A stretch of DNA of 54,050 nucleotides, the filler included, from Ionaspis alba (lineage: Eukaryota), in the NCBI GenBank assembly GCA_964255285.1. It is 2 parts of 2 records of this genome, joined end to end, with 100 filler letters (N's around TTAATTAATTAA, not from the genome) between each part and the next. Parts side by side here need not be neighbours in the genome. Positions count along the whole stretch, not along the records: positions 1 to 27,025 come from CAXUUL010000140.1; 1 more part is not named here. One strand, 5' to 3'. A program made the position numbers and the translations under genes. The notes under the pieces were generated by a model. That model was not told the DNA's origin and did no database searches. It saw only the letters and a list, made by a program, of their open reading frames with translations. Positions 1-13,000 of the stretch are shown here, piece after piece; positions within the stretch are counted from its first letter, which is position 1; every line of letters starts with the position of its first letter.

Positions 1-216
1 CCATTCCCAGCCCAGCCAGGACACCCAAGAAACACCAAGATGCGAGAACAGCGCCATTGGGTAGCTATAGTACAGCCGACTGTCTTTTACGTCTCCAAGT
101 CAACTCCTCCCACTTAAACTCTGCCTACCTCGCCCCAGATCGTCTCTATCCCTAACCGTGCAGGCCAGATCCCTGACTCCGTCTAGTCCTTGCCATCAAC
201 CACAGAGCCGCTCCGG

Positions 217-2359
217 TTATCCCTCACCATCATGATGCAGGGTAACACTGTTGAAATCCTCAAACGGATCCACTATCTCCGCTCCAGGAGTTGCCAGTCC
301 TGAGTCGAGTGGAACCCCCTTCACATCTTTGACATCCTTGACCCTCACTTCTATCCCTCCTGGCCCTCCGCCCATGGCAGAACCAATCCCTATTTCAACG
401 CTCCCGCTCTCTTTCACATTTCTGAAGTTGACTGTGTCGATCGCGCGCCCGGCATGTGGTATCATGGGCGGTTTCATGTGACGTAGCAAAGCCCATTGCG
501 TGGCGCGGAAGAAAGGGTGGGTCTTGACATCGGAGGCGCCGGCGCGAGAGCCGAGCCGGCGCATTTCGTCTTTGATGAGCAGTTTGCGGATAAGAGATTT
601 GCAGAGTCTAAGAACAAAATCAGTCAGTGCACCTGGGAGGCGCTGATGAGGCTTTGCAGCGGAAATAGCATGGACATACGTGGAAATTTGAGGAGCGCCG
701 TTTTGCTCCGGGAATGGAACATCGTCTCTCAGGATGTTAGCAAAAGTAGCATTTCGGTTCTTGCCCTTGAACGGCGTGGTGCCAAAGAGCATCTCGTAGA
801 CAAGAATCCCGAGTGTCCACCAATCGACTGCACTGGTATGGCCACAGCCTTTGATGACTTCGGGAGCGATATACTCTTCAGTACCGACGAAAGAGTTAGT
901 CCGAAAATTGGCGATGCAAGTTTTAGTGTCAATGATGGGAAGGGAGGTCGGGGTTGCGCCATTGCGGCCAACTATCATCGTTGGAACTCCACCTGGATCG
1001 GATTGTTTGGAGAGGTCGAAGTCTGAAAGCATTATGTGGCCAGACTGATGAAGAAGAATATCTGACGATTGTTATGATAAGTAGAGAGTAGAAGAGACTG
1101 GGAGCACAACGACGCACTTTCAGGTTTGAGATCTCGGTATATGAATCCCATGAGATGCAGATACTCTAAGGCTGCTGTGACTTCACCGGCGTAGAATCTT
1201 GCGTCATCTTCTGGTATGCATTTTCCGGGACGGGTTTGCAATGCTGGACTTGTTAGATATTGGAGGAAATATAGACTAATTTATATACAGACCTCGAAAG
1301 AATTCCCCTCCACTGCAATATTCCATACAGAGGTAGAGATGGTCTTCGGATTGGAAAGAGTGGTACAGGGTAACGATGAAGGGATGGTTGCTGGTGGCGA
1401 GGATCTCCTGCTCTGCTAAGGCTCGCTTTATCTTGTTTCGTTTGATCATTTCTTTTTTGCTAAGAACTGTTGGATATCAGTCCCCGCGAACTTATAGCGG
1501 GGTCGCCTTGCATACCTTTCATGGCATATAACCGACTTGACTTCTTCTCCCGCACCAGATACACCTTCCCAACGTCGCCTTTCCCGATAAGCTTGATCTT
1601 GTCAAAACTCGAAGGTCCAACCTCGACATTCCTGACTTTTATAGAATTCGAGCTGTATGTTCTCCGAAATGCAATCGACTGCCGTAATTGACCAGGCAAA
1701 GGTACCCCATTCGGATTTGGAATTGGGAGCAGATGTCCTTTCGACTGGTCGACCATACCTAGGGGTGAATTATCGGCTTCCACTAACGGCTCCTTGCCCA
1801 TTTCTGCAGTCGATGGTCTTTGCTCTGTCTTGTTGCTGGAGAATAACCCCTGTGCATTAGGAGCTGATGCGACGCGCCTCAACTTCCGAGCCAATTCTTC
1901 CTTTCCAGCCGTTGTAGCTTGATCATTTGCACCACTAACAGCCTGTACCTTGTGTATCGGTGTATCTGGTGGCGAAGGGGGCACACTCCCCTCGTTGTGA
2001 TGTCTCAATACAGGAGGCCCTTGATGTGCAAAATAGGGATTTGCATGAGCAGTGGGCGACATGCCTTCCTCAAGACGATCCCCTTCGCTATTCACCGTGA
2101 CCGACCGATTTCTCGTGATGCCTCCTAAAAACCTCGATTGTCGAAAGGACCGGCCCTCAACCTTCGGACTGGTGGAGCCATCGCCATGAAGATTGGAGCT
2201 ACTGCCCGAGCTATTAATACGAAAGAAGTTTTTGAACTTTTGTGGGAAGTGACTCGAGCCGAAAGATTGCTTGGAAGATGACATGGATGGGCTGGAGAAA
2301 TTGCGTTTCTCGTTGGGATACCCCGAAGAGGTTGTGGTCGTGCCGAAGAGTTGCGTCAT
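217..2359 (-). CDS. nrc-2: AGC-family Ser/Thr protein kinase, Nrc-2/Fpk1/Kin82 type (638 aa, 5 exons)
   Basis: Exons 2359-1516, 1466-1293, 1243-1118, 1061-680, 607-217 with GT..AG introns. Motifs [26 protein letters not shown] in place of [18 protein letters not shown] and DWWTLG are typical of this subfamily. Confidence 0.93.
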
Positions 2360-2974
2360 GGGGCAGCTATCTCATGCAGAACGAATGCAAGCGTGTAAGG
2401 GATGAGGATGAGGAGCTGAATATGAGGCTCCAAGTCCCGTCGTCTGCTTATTTGGAGGTTATAAGAAGGTGGTTGAGTAATGAACGAACGTATTCTTGAC
2501 TGCAAGGTACTCTCCAGTGGAATGCAGAATCAAGACGAGGAGCGCATAATTGTGGCGGCTGGCAGGATACCAGAGCTGGAGCTTGCTCGGCGGATCATCT
2601 GTAAAAAGGCTAGAGGTTTAGCAGCCTGGGAGATAGCTCAAAAGATCAGACTCTTGTCCCAGAAATGAGCAGGTAGCATAGATGGAGTGGTTTGCATTGT
2701 TCGACGTATCTGGAGATGGTTGATTTTGGCGTTGCTCACTAATTGAATTCGGAGCCCCGCCCGAGCGCCGCTTAACAACTTTTTTATCAATCTTCCGCCC
2801 GGAACCGCCGCCCCTGACAAGCGATCATCCTCGGCTTAGCAGGCAGGGGCAAGCATTCGTCGTGAAGGTGAAGAGTTTCAATAACGGCACTGGTGTTCCA
2901 CCCAAGCACCATTACGAGATGCGTCAAAATTTCTGTTTATGAAATTAATTCTTCATGTTTTCGATATACAATAT

Positions 2975-4259
2975 CTACACATTGCCCCCATAATACACTT
3001 TCCGTACATCCACCAGCTTCTTACCCCGTGCTCGAGCTATCTCTTCTGGTATCCTTTGGCTCAGTAAAGCCTGCATAGTCGCCTTGACTGTGTTCATAGG
3101 GTTACGAGACCGCGTCACTCGAGCTGCCAGATCAGAGATACCTGCGCATTTGCACATCTCGTAGATGAGCTCCTGACATCGGATACCAAAACCTATTTCA
3201 TGTCAGATATCGGCCGAGTCGAAGGCTGGCTTGAGTCAACTCCAATATAGGGCGGGACATACCAGGCGGTCTCGTCATCAGTTCCAGCTCTGTAGCACCA
3301 ACCTTCCCCTTGACGTCCCCATAGATCGTCCTATCCTCGTACCTTGTGATCGGTCTCATGTTACGAATAGCATTCATCTCAGCCTGCCTCCTCGCATCCT
3401 CAGGCTCTGTCGACTTGCCCTCGCCAATCCCCAGAAGCCCTTTCCCGTTCCCAGCCACTGTGAGATAGTACTGACTTTGAATCTTCCCTAGCCTCGTTTG
3501 ATTCACCACTCGATGTTCCACGAGTTTCTTGACTCTGAAACGTGATATCTGTTTTGGGGTCAGGCCAGTGTTCTTGGCCAGCCGTGCGATATAAGGGCCT
3601 CGCTCGCTTTCGTCTTTATGGGCGGCCGCTACCTTGGCGGTTGCGACAATGCGTTCATCAGTCAACTTGGGGAGTTCTGGTGCAAGGTAACTTCGTGGGT
3701 TCAACTCGGCTTCCTCTTTGCCCACCGTAAGCCGTGTCTTGTCCACAAACTTCATCCACTCGACTCGATCTGGCTCATCGGGCAAACTCTCCATCCAATT
3801 GACCAGATCCTCAGCTAACTCATCTTCTTCTTTGAACCGTAAATTTGGATCATAGTTCTCTTCCGGGGCGCGAATGGGTTTGTCGATGACAGAGCGGATA
3901 GTAGAGAAATCATCGATGTACTTCAGCGCCATCGGGTCTTCCCTCAAAGCGCTTTGGCTGGCTAGATCATCAGGAGAGATAGCCGCCTCACCAGCTTCAA
4001 TCGCGGCAAGCTGGTCAGGTGTGTATTTCTTTTGCAGGTAAGCTCTCTCGGATTTTGTGTATCCAGGAAAGTCAGCAGCGGTGGTCTCGGGTTGTGTGAG
4101 ACCGAGATCGGATGCTTTTATATTGGGATGTTTGGGTGGTGGACGGCCTAGATGGCGTGGAGAGTTGTGGAAGCATCGTCGCGGTATTCTTGAAGTTGAT
4201 CGGCTGGACCAGGAGGAGGGTGCTGCGAAGACGCATCGAGCATGACGTGAGACACTCAT
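2975..4259 (-). CDS. MRPS5: Mitochondrial small-subunit ribosomal protein S5 (uS5m), 404 aa
   Basis: Exons 4259-3263 and 3192-2975. Arg/Ser-rich presequence. S5 motifs RVVNQTRLGK, VAGNGKGLLGIGEGKS, RYEDRTIYGDV, RSRNPMNTVKA. Confidence 0.93.
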
Positions 4260-4450
4260 CTATCGTACAAAAAAAAAGAAAAACTCCGGACCTCGTCCTT
4301 GTGCTGCTGGTGCAAGCAAATCTGGAGGTTCGTGGCAGCGTCAGCGAATTAGAATATCCTGTAACTTATGCACATGACACAAATCTTTGTGCAGCACTTC
4401 TTGGCATTAATTTCCCTTTCACAAAACCTCGACGTGGGTTGGCTATCCTT

Positions 4451-7035
4451 ATGGATGCCAGCACTCGAGAACAGCGGGCGATCGACTATGCTAATGAAGC
4501 AATCCAGCTTGTGTCTGAAGGCAAACGCGAGGTTCTTTGAATATCCTGCCACAGGCTTGGGATCTCTAGCTAATACGCGCGTGTTAGGAAGGGTTTGGGG
4601 CACTCCGGGAAGCAGCTTCGCTTGACCCAAACAATGATCAAGTCCGAGCAGCATTCAGCAAGCTTCAGATAGATGAATCGACCGACACCTTGCTCAAGCT
4701 TTGCAAAAGCCTTTTTGAATCCAAATCAGCATCCGCAGCCAAGGAAATTTCACGGTATCTAAGCAGCCATGGAAATCAAGTTTCTGCGGAGGTCGCAGAG
4801 AAGTGTATACAATTGGCAATCGAGGCCAAAGACATTTCGGACCTAGACGCCCGGGACGACGTAGTGACAAGTCTACTGCAAAACTGTCTACCAGCTCGAA
4901 GATGGCTGGCAAGACGACTTTCGGAGTCTGTTACCACAGTATTTGAAGAAGTCTTTGACATCGGCAACGCGGCAGCGACTGGTATGGCAATGGTGGTGAC
5001 CGACATCGCAGCTTGGCCATCGGAGTCACAGCGAGAGAGTTGTGAGAAGGACGTCTTCTTACTAGCCCTTGCTAAGCTCATGGAATCGGGACATGACTAC
5101 GATGGCAGAGCTATGAGAGAGATTGCCAGACTTTTATCTGTCGATGGCAAGAAGATTGAGCAACTTGTTGACGAGGAGTCATTCGACGCTATTCTTGCGG
5201 CTCTTGACGTTCGATGGCCAATTGACGTACGTAGCCAAGCTACCGTTGCAACGGCTAAGTTCTTCGAGTTTGCAGAAGACCGCGGCCGGACTTACTTGAC
5301 CAAATTTATCACGCAGCGGATTGGCCGGCAAACTAATGATGGCCTAATTGTGGCATTCTCTGCTGCCGCCGGCGTCTTTCCCATCGTTCCATCCATTGCC
5401 TCTGCCCTCTTTCTTACGGAAGGATTTGTGCCGTCGCTGGTACCAATGCTAGAAACAAGATCCAAATCTCGGAAAGTGGAACGTGCCGCTCTCGAGATGC
5501 TTAGTGCTGCTTGTATGGATGGTGGATGTCGCGAAGCAATAGCTAAACATTGCTTGAATTGGCTTCATAGCGTGATGAGCGCAGGAGAAGACGAGGCTAG
5601 AGGGCAAGCAGCGGTTGTCTGTGCCAAAATTAGCATTGTTACAGCCAAGTCGCCTGCTTCGACAGCGGGTGGTTCAGACCAGGACAGCAGGGTGCTAGTT
5701 GCCAGATTCAAAACTATGCTTTTCCAAAATAGCGAGACGCAGTTGAAGCATGCAGTTGAGGGTTTGGCTTTTGCTTCGACTCAGCCAAAGGTCAAAGAGG
5801 AAATCGTCAACGACTCTGACCTTCTCAAGAAACTTCTAGGTTTCGCTAGATATCGAGCAACATCAAATGCCAAAGCTTACCCAAAGTCACGCCCAGCTGC
5901 TTACCTAGAGTATCCTTTCCTCATACAATCTGCATTTGGCTTACTAACGATCTTTTATAATATCACTCGTTATGTTCCAAACCAGTCCGAGGAGCAGAAG
6001 CGAATGGCACAGCTTCAAGCATATGCCAACGCATCAAAGGATACGGGCCAGGTTGATCCGCTCGACGACGATAATCACGTTGAGAAGCGCTGCAGAGCTG
6101 TCTTTGAAGCTGATGCTCTGGAAGCCTTGAATGCCTTGTCTGAGGCAGACCGCGCCAAAGGCCTGTCGCCAACTTCTCTTAGCCTTTGCGCATCAATTAT
6201 CTTGTCGCTGTCTAGGACTTCATCATTACGAGGTAAAATGGTCCAACAAGGTGCACTTCCACTTCTACTCAAAGTCTATGAGAAAAATTCAAATACAGAA
6301 ATTGCGAACAGAGTCACTGCTGCGCATGCTATGGCCCGTCTGCTCATCTCGGCTGATCCGAACCTTGTCAGCGATAAAGTCGAGCCCACTGCCAAATCTA
6401 TTCTCTCTCTGATGGTCGACGAGGCTTCCTCCCATACTGATGGCCCTCGTGATCTCCTGCCAACTTTCGAAGGTCTTCTAGCCCTGACAAATCTGGTTTC
6501 GGAACCCCGATTCGGAGTGGGCCAGGACGTCGTCAAGGCGGCTTTTCCAAAGCTAGTGGACTTTCTCACCAGCTCCAACCAGTACATCCAGCGTGCATCA
6601 ACAGAACTGATCTGTAACCTGATGACCTGTCCGGAAGGTATCGAGAAATTCGCTGATGGCTCTAAAGCCGCTGCAAACAATATCCACATCTTGCTTGCAC
6701 TGGCGGATGTTGAGGACGTTGCAACTAGACGGGCGGCTAGCGGTGCTCTGGCTATGATTACCGAGTTTGAAGCTGTTGCCAAAGCCATCTTGGCTAGAGA
6801 CAGGGGAATGAAAATAGTTGTTCAACTCATGGAAGACGAAGATGCGGGTTGCGTTCACCGCGGGTTTGTCTGCGTGAGAAACTTGGTGATGATGGAAGGC
6901 AAGACCGGTCACGAATGCCGGGAAAGTCTGAAGGGTTTGGGGGCCCTCGACATGATGAGGGAGAAGCTACGAACCGCGAACGATGAGGCACTTTTGCAGT
7001 CTGCGGTGGAAATCTACAAGGCTCTCAACGTATGA
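4451..7035 (+). CDS. cro1: UCS-domain myosin chaperone CRO1/She4/Rng3 family (842 aa)
   Basis: Exon 1 4451-4531, intron 4532-4587, exon 2 4588-7035. ARM-like UCS motifs RGKMVQQGA, AHAMARLLISADP, FEGLLALTNL, QRASTELICNL, TRRAASGALA. Confidence 0.9.
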
Positions 7036-7479
7036 CTGTTCGGGGCTGACATTCACCAGAACAGGGCTTCTGGATGCTCAGCGTTACGGCGTAGTAGCAG
7101 TCGCTGTCTCGGCCAAGGAGACTTTGTGGGATCTCAGGTGATGGCTACACCAAAATCGGGAGGTCCGTTCAATGACATACATGCCATTTTAGACTTGTGG
7201 TGCTCAGCTGTCTACAACTTTGTGTATGTGGGGCCAAAGTCCCTGTTGTTTTCCTGCAACGACGCCATACGATCAACTCCGTGCACTTCCAAGAGTTGCC
7301 GAACCTGTTCAGTTAGGAATCCTTCTCCGCACCATGTTGCGACCCCATTCTCCACTATCTACCGTGCACCATTGCCGATGTGTGCATGTGCCTACTCACA
7401 CCAGTTGCCAAAGCACTGCCGCGGACATCTCCCGATCAAGGTAGGATCGTTGTGATAAGTAATCCTGTTGGTTGGATCT

Positions 7480-8520
7480 ACCCGACGAAGAAAGCATAAC
7501 CACTTACATGCATGTATGATGAGAGCACAACAAGCCTTGATACAGATCTAGCATTGAGACCAACACTTCTCAAAGTAGAGTGCCCATAACTGCCCTCAAC
7601 GCTACCGAAATTCTGAATTTCATGTGTGCTGGTGGCATATCCATTTAGGGTCAGTACCGTCAGTCGGTGTGTGGTGATATGTACCTCCAAATCAAAAACC
7701 AGCTCTTACAGCCGGCTTCTCTCGAAATTTCAAGCACTCCATTAAGCTTCATCAGTGCGAATGTAACACGTAGAGAGTCTCTTCCAGAGCCCTGTGTTTT
7801 GTTATCCTGATATATAATCCTTCAAATTTGGCATCGGTAAGTATTCACTGGATGAATGGTCTGAAACTTCTCCACCAAGTACTCTAGCAATGCTTTGGGT
7901 GGAAGACTTGAACAAAAGCCCCGAACGATTTTAATGTAGAAGTCATTCATTTAGCTGCTTCCTTGGACCAGATCCAATCATGCACCGCAACAATTCTATC
8001 GTTTTAATCACATTACCGTCATAGTGCTTCAGACTGATGAAACTCGGTCTTGAAGTTGCCGATTTGAAAAGCAGTAATCGGTTCTTCTGTTTCATTGGTA
8101 GACCAAAGCTCCGGCAGCTCGTAAGTACCATCGTAGACATCGCAATCTTTTTGAAGCGGCTGGACATCGTTCAGGTAAAGCCCGTGGTCTTCAATCGTTT
8201 CCGCGAGTTTCAGTGGCAGCTTCTCTAAGTATTTTCATGTCAGCCATAATATCCTCATATCGCTCAAACGTATTAAGCCCAGAGCTTCTTCAAAGCAGCA
8301 ACGGTAGAAAGGATCTGCTGTAGTCTCAGACACTGCAACTTGACCTTATCAAACTGCAACCCATCGTCTCCCATTACCACCAAGTGCAATACACATGTTG
8401 AGCCGCGCCATATGTACTGGATTATTGGCGGAGCTTGTTAAGGTATTCCCTAAGAGCACTTGAGACCTGTGTGTGTCAGATGAACGATCATCGATCCCCG
8501 TCTACTACTTGCCAGTCTCT
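7480..8520 (-). pseudogene. Probable decayed protein-coding gene, family not recognised
   Basis: Protein-like segments (LHLVVMGDDGLQFDKVKLQCLRLQQILSTVAALKK; EKLPLKLAETIEDHGLYLNDVQPLQKD; MNDFYIKIVRGFCSSLPPKALLEYLVEKF) are broken by stops and frameshifts. Two intron-like elements with a CTGAC branch site and AG acceptor lie near 8467 and 8225. Confidence 0.35.
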
Positions 8521-11041
8521 TGCAGTGTGACTCCAGAGGCCCAAGAGAGAAAAGTGTCAAAGTTCAGGGTATTAGGGGGCTGGGGGGATACCAGCCACCC
8601 CTGTGTATATAATACCTAGCTAGTCCCTCCATAGTTCACCAAGCTTTACCCCTCTATTTTCACAAAAAGCGCCACCGAGAATACCAGATCTGGCGTCAGG
8701 AAAGCCCGTTCGACCTGACAGATGTACATTGCATTCGGAAGGGTGCCAGAGGTTTATTTCTTTATACTTGGAGGAACTGCAGTCACTGGCTCTTCACGTC
8801 GACACGACATGTATGATCTGACGCAGCCAACCACGACGTCTTTCGGCAACATTCATGGACCTGGGTTGGCATGTAGCAAGTACATCGTGGGAGGTGTACC
8901 ACTGCACAGTCTGCACATATTCTGTACTCAGAAAATGCAGCAAATTCATGGATGACAGCGACGCCTATAACTGTTCGCACTTGTAGGACGTTTTTGATGA
9001 GCCCTCTAGCAATAGCAGCGACACCGGAAGTATGTACTTGAACAAATCAGTGGAAATTATAGCATAAAGAGGGAACTGCAGGTGATTGTGACATAGAGTA
9101 AGGATGCAATGGGCTCTACTCACATCTCTCCTTCATCCATGGTGTAATCATCTATTTCGCACATAACATGGGCACATAATAAACACACAACTATGGCTCA
9201 AGCCGAGCAAGCTTTGCAGCTGCTAGAATCTCCGTTTGGTATCCATGATATCGAAGAACTGTGCGAGGACGTGCCAGAAAATCGGGAGCCATTCTCGGTG
9301 CTTGATCAATTTGTCTTCTATTATTCCGCAGTACGTCTCTGCGGAAATCGAGCGTACTGAAAATGAGGGAGTCGTGTCCCGGAGTCAAAAGAGCCTTTCG
9401 ACCGCCCGGTTGACATTTCCTGGTCACGTTTCCGAAAAAGAAGTGGGCATGCCGGAGAGGCAGTATATTCCGAGTCTCATCGAGCTTGACGATTGAGAGC
9501 TGTGTCATTTGAGGGGTGGGTGGCCAACAAGTTCTAGCCAAAGAGTAGGTATGCCCATTTACAGATTGGCAGCCTCTTTGACCGGCAGTCTGGATTGTGA
9601 AGACGAAGTCAAGCCGGCTGATCGTCCGTCTGGTGCGATAGAGTGGATCACGAAGGCCACCCACCCGTCTCGTCAAAATTTGGTGACAGCGGTGCCCACC
9701 GTGATAGTATACGGGACAATATTACGAGATGATTGCAAAGCATAGCCTCCAAAGCTGACGAGGGAAGAACGGAGTCATAGGTGATGCGCCTCAGCAGATA
9801 CTAGACCAGGTAGATCTTCCATCAAATGGTCTGCAGGGCAAGTGGGAGGATGACGCGGCCATCGCATTGTTCCTAGATCAGGAAGCTGAACTCGTGAACC
9901 CAATGATGGGGGTGTTTCATCGACGATTACAGAAACCCCCACACTCCGAACATGCTGTTCCTAAATGTGTACCCGGGAAGGTGGTCTCATCAGGTCATCT
10001 TGCCAAGGTTCAACATTCATTGTCCCGTTGTAACGTGTGTTGGGGATCATCAGATAATGCACGGCGAAGCCTGACAGGGGCCATTTGTGGTAGATCCGCG
10101 GCAAAGGGAGTGCTAGCCGAGCAATTCGTCCATAAGTGCCAACAACCTGGTTCCCACGTTGAGATGAGCGACCGGGATTGAAAAAGACATTGTACATTAG
10201 TTCCTATTCTGGTTGCATCGGAGGAATATTGGCAGGGGTCGCTGCAAGCAGATCATGCATATAACATTGCGATTTTCCCCGTACCAAGCATTCGCAAGCA
10301 TCAGGCGACCAATGGGAGAGCTTACGGCACAGTGATGTGTGAGACTAGGCACTCCAAAAGACATTTCTCCGTCTCCAGTGCGCCGCCGTCGCCATCGATA
10401 TTCTCTGTAGTTGAGACATGCGTGACTTCACTTCTGCTCTTGTCGCCGATCGGGACACGCTGGGGTACAGAACTCCTGTCCCGCTAAGGGGCGAACAGCA
10501 TGACATAGGAACTGTCTGTATTGGTTACAGATACAAGAAATCCCAAGACACACAATACCAAGCGAGAATGAACAAGGTTTCGGTTACTTGAAATGTTTCT
10601 GGCATGCTCCGTCTCGTTTTCGAACGGATTGCTCGGGACTCCTAGTATTGCACGTTATGTTCTTTTAACTTAGCTGATCGCGCTTGCTGGCGTCTACTCG
10701 TCTATGTCTTGGCAGCGACCTCGCTTGCCAAGAACAGATTCAAGAGCAGGGTTCACACATGATCATGGCTTCCTTACGAAGCAGGAACAACTTGTACAAG
10801 AATAGAGAATCACATTACATCGACAAGAACTTATATTGATAGATCATATTATTTTGGATCCGACACTATGTACAACTGAGTCCTGACTCCTAACGTTCAT
10901 TAAACCCGGAAACGCGCCGCCACCAGAGACCGTGATACCCAGCATTAGTCGTTGAGACGTTTCATTCCATCATACCATAGACATTAGCCCCGTACTCCAC
11001 CTTAACACAAGATAATTGAGGTTCTGCACATCAGAAGCACT

Positions 11042-13000
11042 TCAAACAGGCTGAGTAGCGCTGCCTCCAGCATTGCTAGTCACCGTGACAGCTGTGACCT
11101 TTGCACCCTTAGCATTAAGAGTCAGAGAGAATCTCCCATTGCCAAGATTGTTCATTGCAGCAGGAGGGATGTTGATGTTAGCGGTGATCTTGAGGGTGAG
11201 AAGAGCAGAGAGATTGTTCGTGCTCGCCGTCACCGAGACACTGGTGGCACCCTGCTTGTTTTGTTGGGTAGCTGTAATGATTGTCACTATATCGGCGACT
11301 GGCGGAGTTGGAGTGGTAGCTGGTGCAGTGGTAGTTGGTGGGGGGACAGGAGTAGCTGGGCAAACGGTGGGAACTGGAGCGTTGGCTCCTGGCCATGGTG
11401 AGAGCTGGCCGACGATCGTAGGTGTAGTGGGAGGTGTTGCGAGGGGGTTGCCCGGAACGAAAGGTCCACCTCCTTTGGCAAGGAAGGGAATGACCTCGAA
11501 GAGGAGAGGAAACATTGGGTCGCCAAATGTGAGTAGTTCGGGGAAAACGAAGTCGAATATGGGCTGTATGAACTGCCCAGCTAGCACTCCACCTGCACCT
11601 GGCGCTGTACCCGTGCTGAGACGGAAACCGACTTGCCGTGTAGCCGGCGACACATCTGTCTTACCAAGACGGTAGACGGCTCTGCCTAAAGGAGCAGCTT
11701 GATTGGGTAGCATCTGAAGGAGAGGACGCTCGGTCACAGCTCCCGTGCATGGATCAACGTCCATTGCGAACCATTTGAGGATTGTACTTGGATCGGTAGT
11801 GAAAGCAACAGAACGAGTTTCAGCGATTTCGCCTCCTTGATTGGTGACGACGGCGTAGATGGCTGACTCGACAGTGACGTAGGCTGGTTTACTGCCCGGG
11901 GCAGTGTACGCGCCGATATTTGCATCGAGTGCATAGACAGCCATGGAGCCTCCGATGGTTGTCCCAGAAAACGTGATGTAGTCCCCTACTGCTAACGGCA
12001 TGGCAAGACGAGGGTCAGGGTCAGTTGGACCCACTGCTGTTGGATCCTTGAAGGTACTGTGATGTATGTCAGTCATTGAGCTCATTACGGGATGTGAAGA
12101 GCACCTACATCTTGTTCGATGCTCTATTTGTGGCAGGATCTATGGGGCGGTTCTTTGCTGGACAACCTGGGTCGGAAGCGTTACGAGGGATACACATTGG
12201 GAATCCAGTGGTGGTGTGGATTGACGGATTGTCCTTTGCAAACACTATTAGCGATGTCCTTTAGCGACAGAGAAGTTGGCATAATTACCGGGTCGAGGGT
12301 CCATAGCGGATTTGCGGTGTATGCGACACTATAGTCAAAGGTTTAGTCTGCCGATATGGTAATCAAAAGGTATGGTGACACTTACGCGAATCGCCCGGTT
12401 GGATCGTTCAAAAAGCAGTCGATGCCAGTTGTGCCAGCATCAGCGCCAAAGTTGCCCGTAACACGGAAGTGTCCGGTAGCGGGATCAATCGAATTGACAA
12501 AGCCTTGGAGAACACGGTTTGCCTGCTGTGCAATGTAGACCATGCCAGCGATGTGGTTGTTGTTGACCCTATTGCCAAGGACCTATGTTCAAGTTAGACC
12601 TATCACGTACGATTGAGTCAGCTTCGCTTACCGTAGCTTGCCAAGACACTCCGCCAAAGCCGGGAAGTTGAGGAGTTCCGGCGGCATCGAAAAGCTCCGC
12701 CCATGCAACCGTGATGGAGGGCAGCGTTGCCAGCAGATTCTTCGGGACAGTAATCTTGATTCCGTCTACGGTGATAGATCCCCCGGCTAGGGTTCCTCCT
12801 GCAGTATCCAACGTGAGGCTGTTAAATGCTTGAATTAGCAATGTGCCCATAGGCAGGTGGGACGGGATATCGCAGACATACCCATTAATGTCTCCAATAA
12901 TTTGGAATGGACTAGGGTCGTAAGGTGCATTCTGGGCGGAAGTAAAAGTTAAAAGGCATAGAAGTTTCGAGAGAAGGATGAAGAACGAAATGGACTTCAT
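11042..13000 (-). CDS. Secreted beta-rich protein of unknown function with Pro/Thr linker and C-terminal Ig-like domain (560 aa, 6 exons)
   Basis: Exons 13000-12882, 12818-12632, 12582-12386, 12328-12289, 12233-12109, 12056-11042; all introns GT..AG, total 1683 nt in frame. Signal peptide MKSISFFILLSKLLCLLTFTSA. Motifs GGSITVDGIKITVPKNLLATLP, LNDPTGRF, DPDNPSIHTTTGFPMCIPR, DPGCPAKNRP. Linker PPPTTTAPATTPTPP, then about 85 aa of alternating beta-strands ending VTVTSNAGGSATQPV. Confidence 0.85.
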
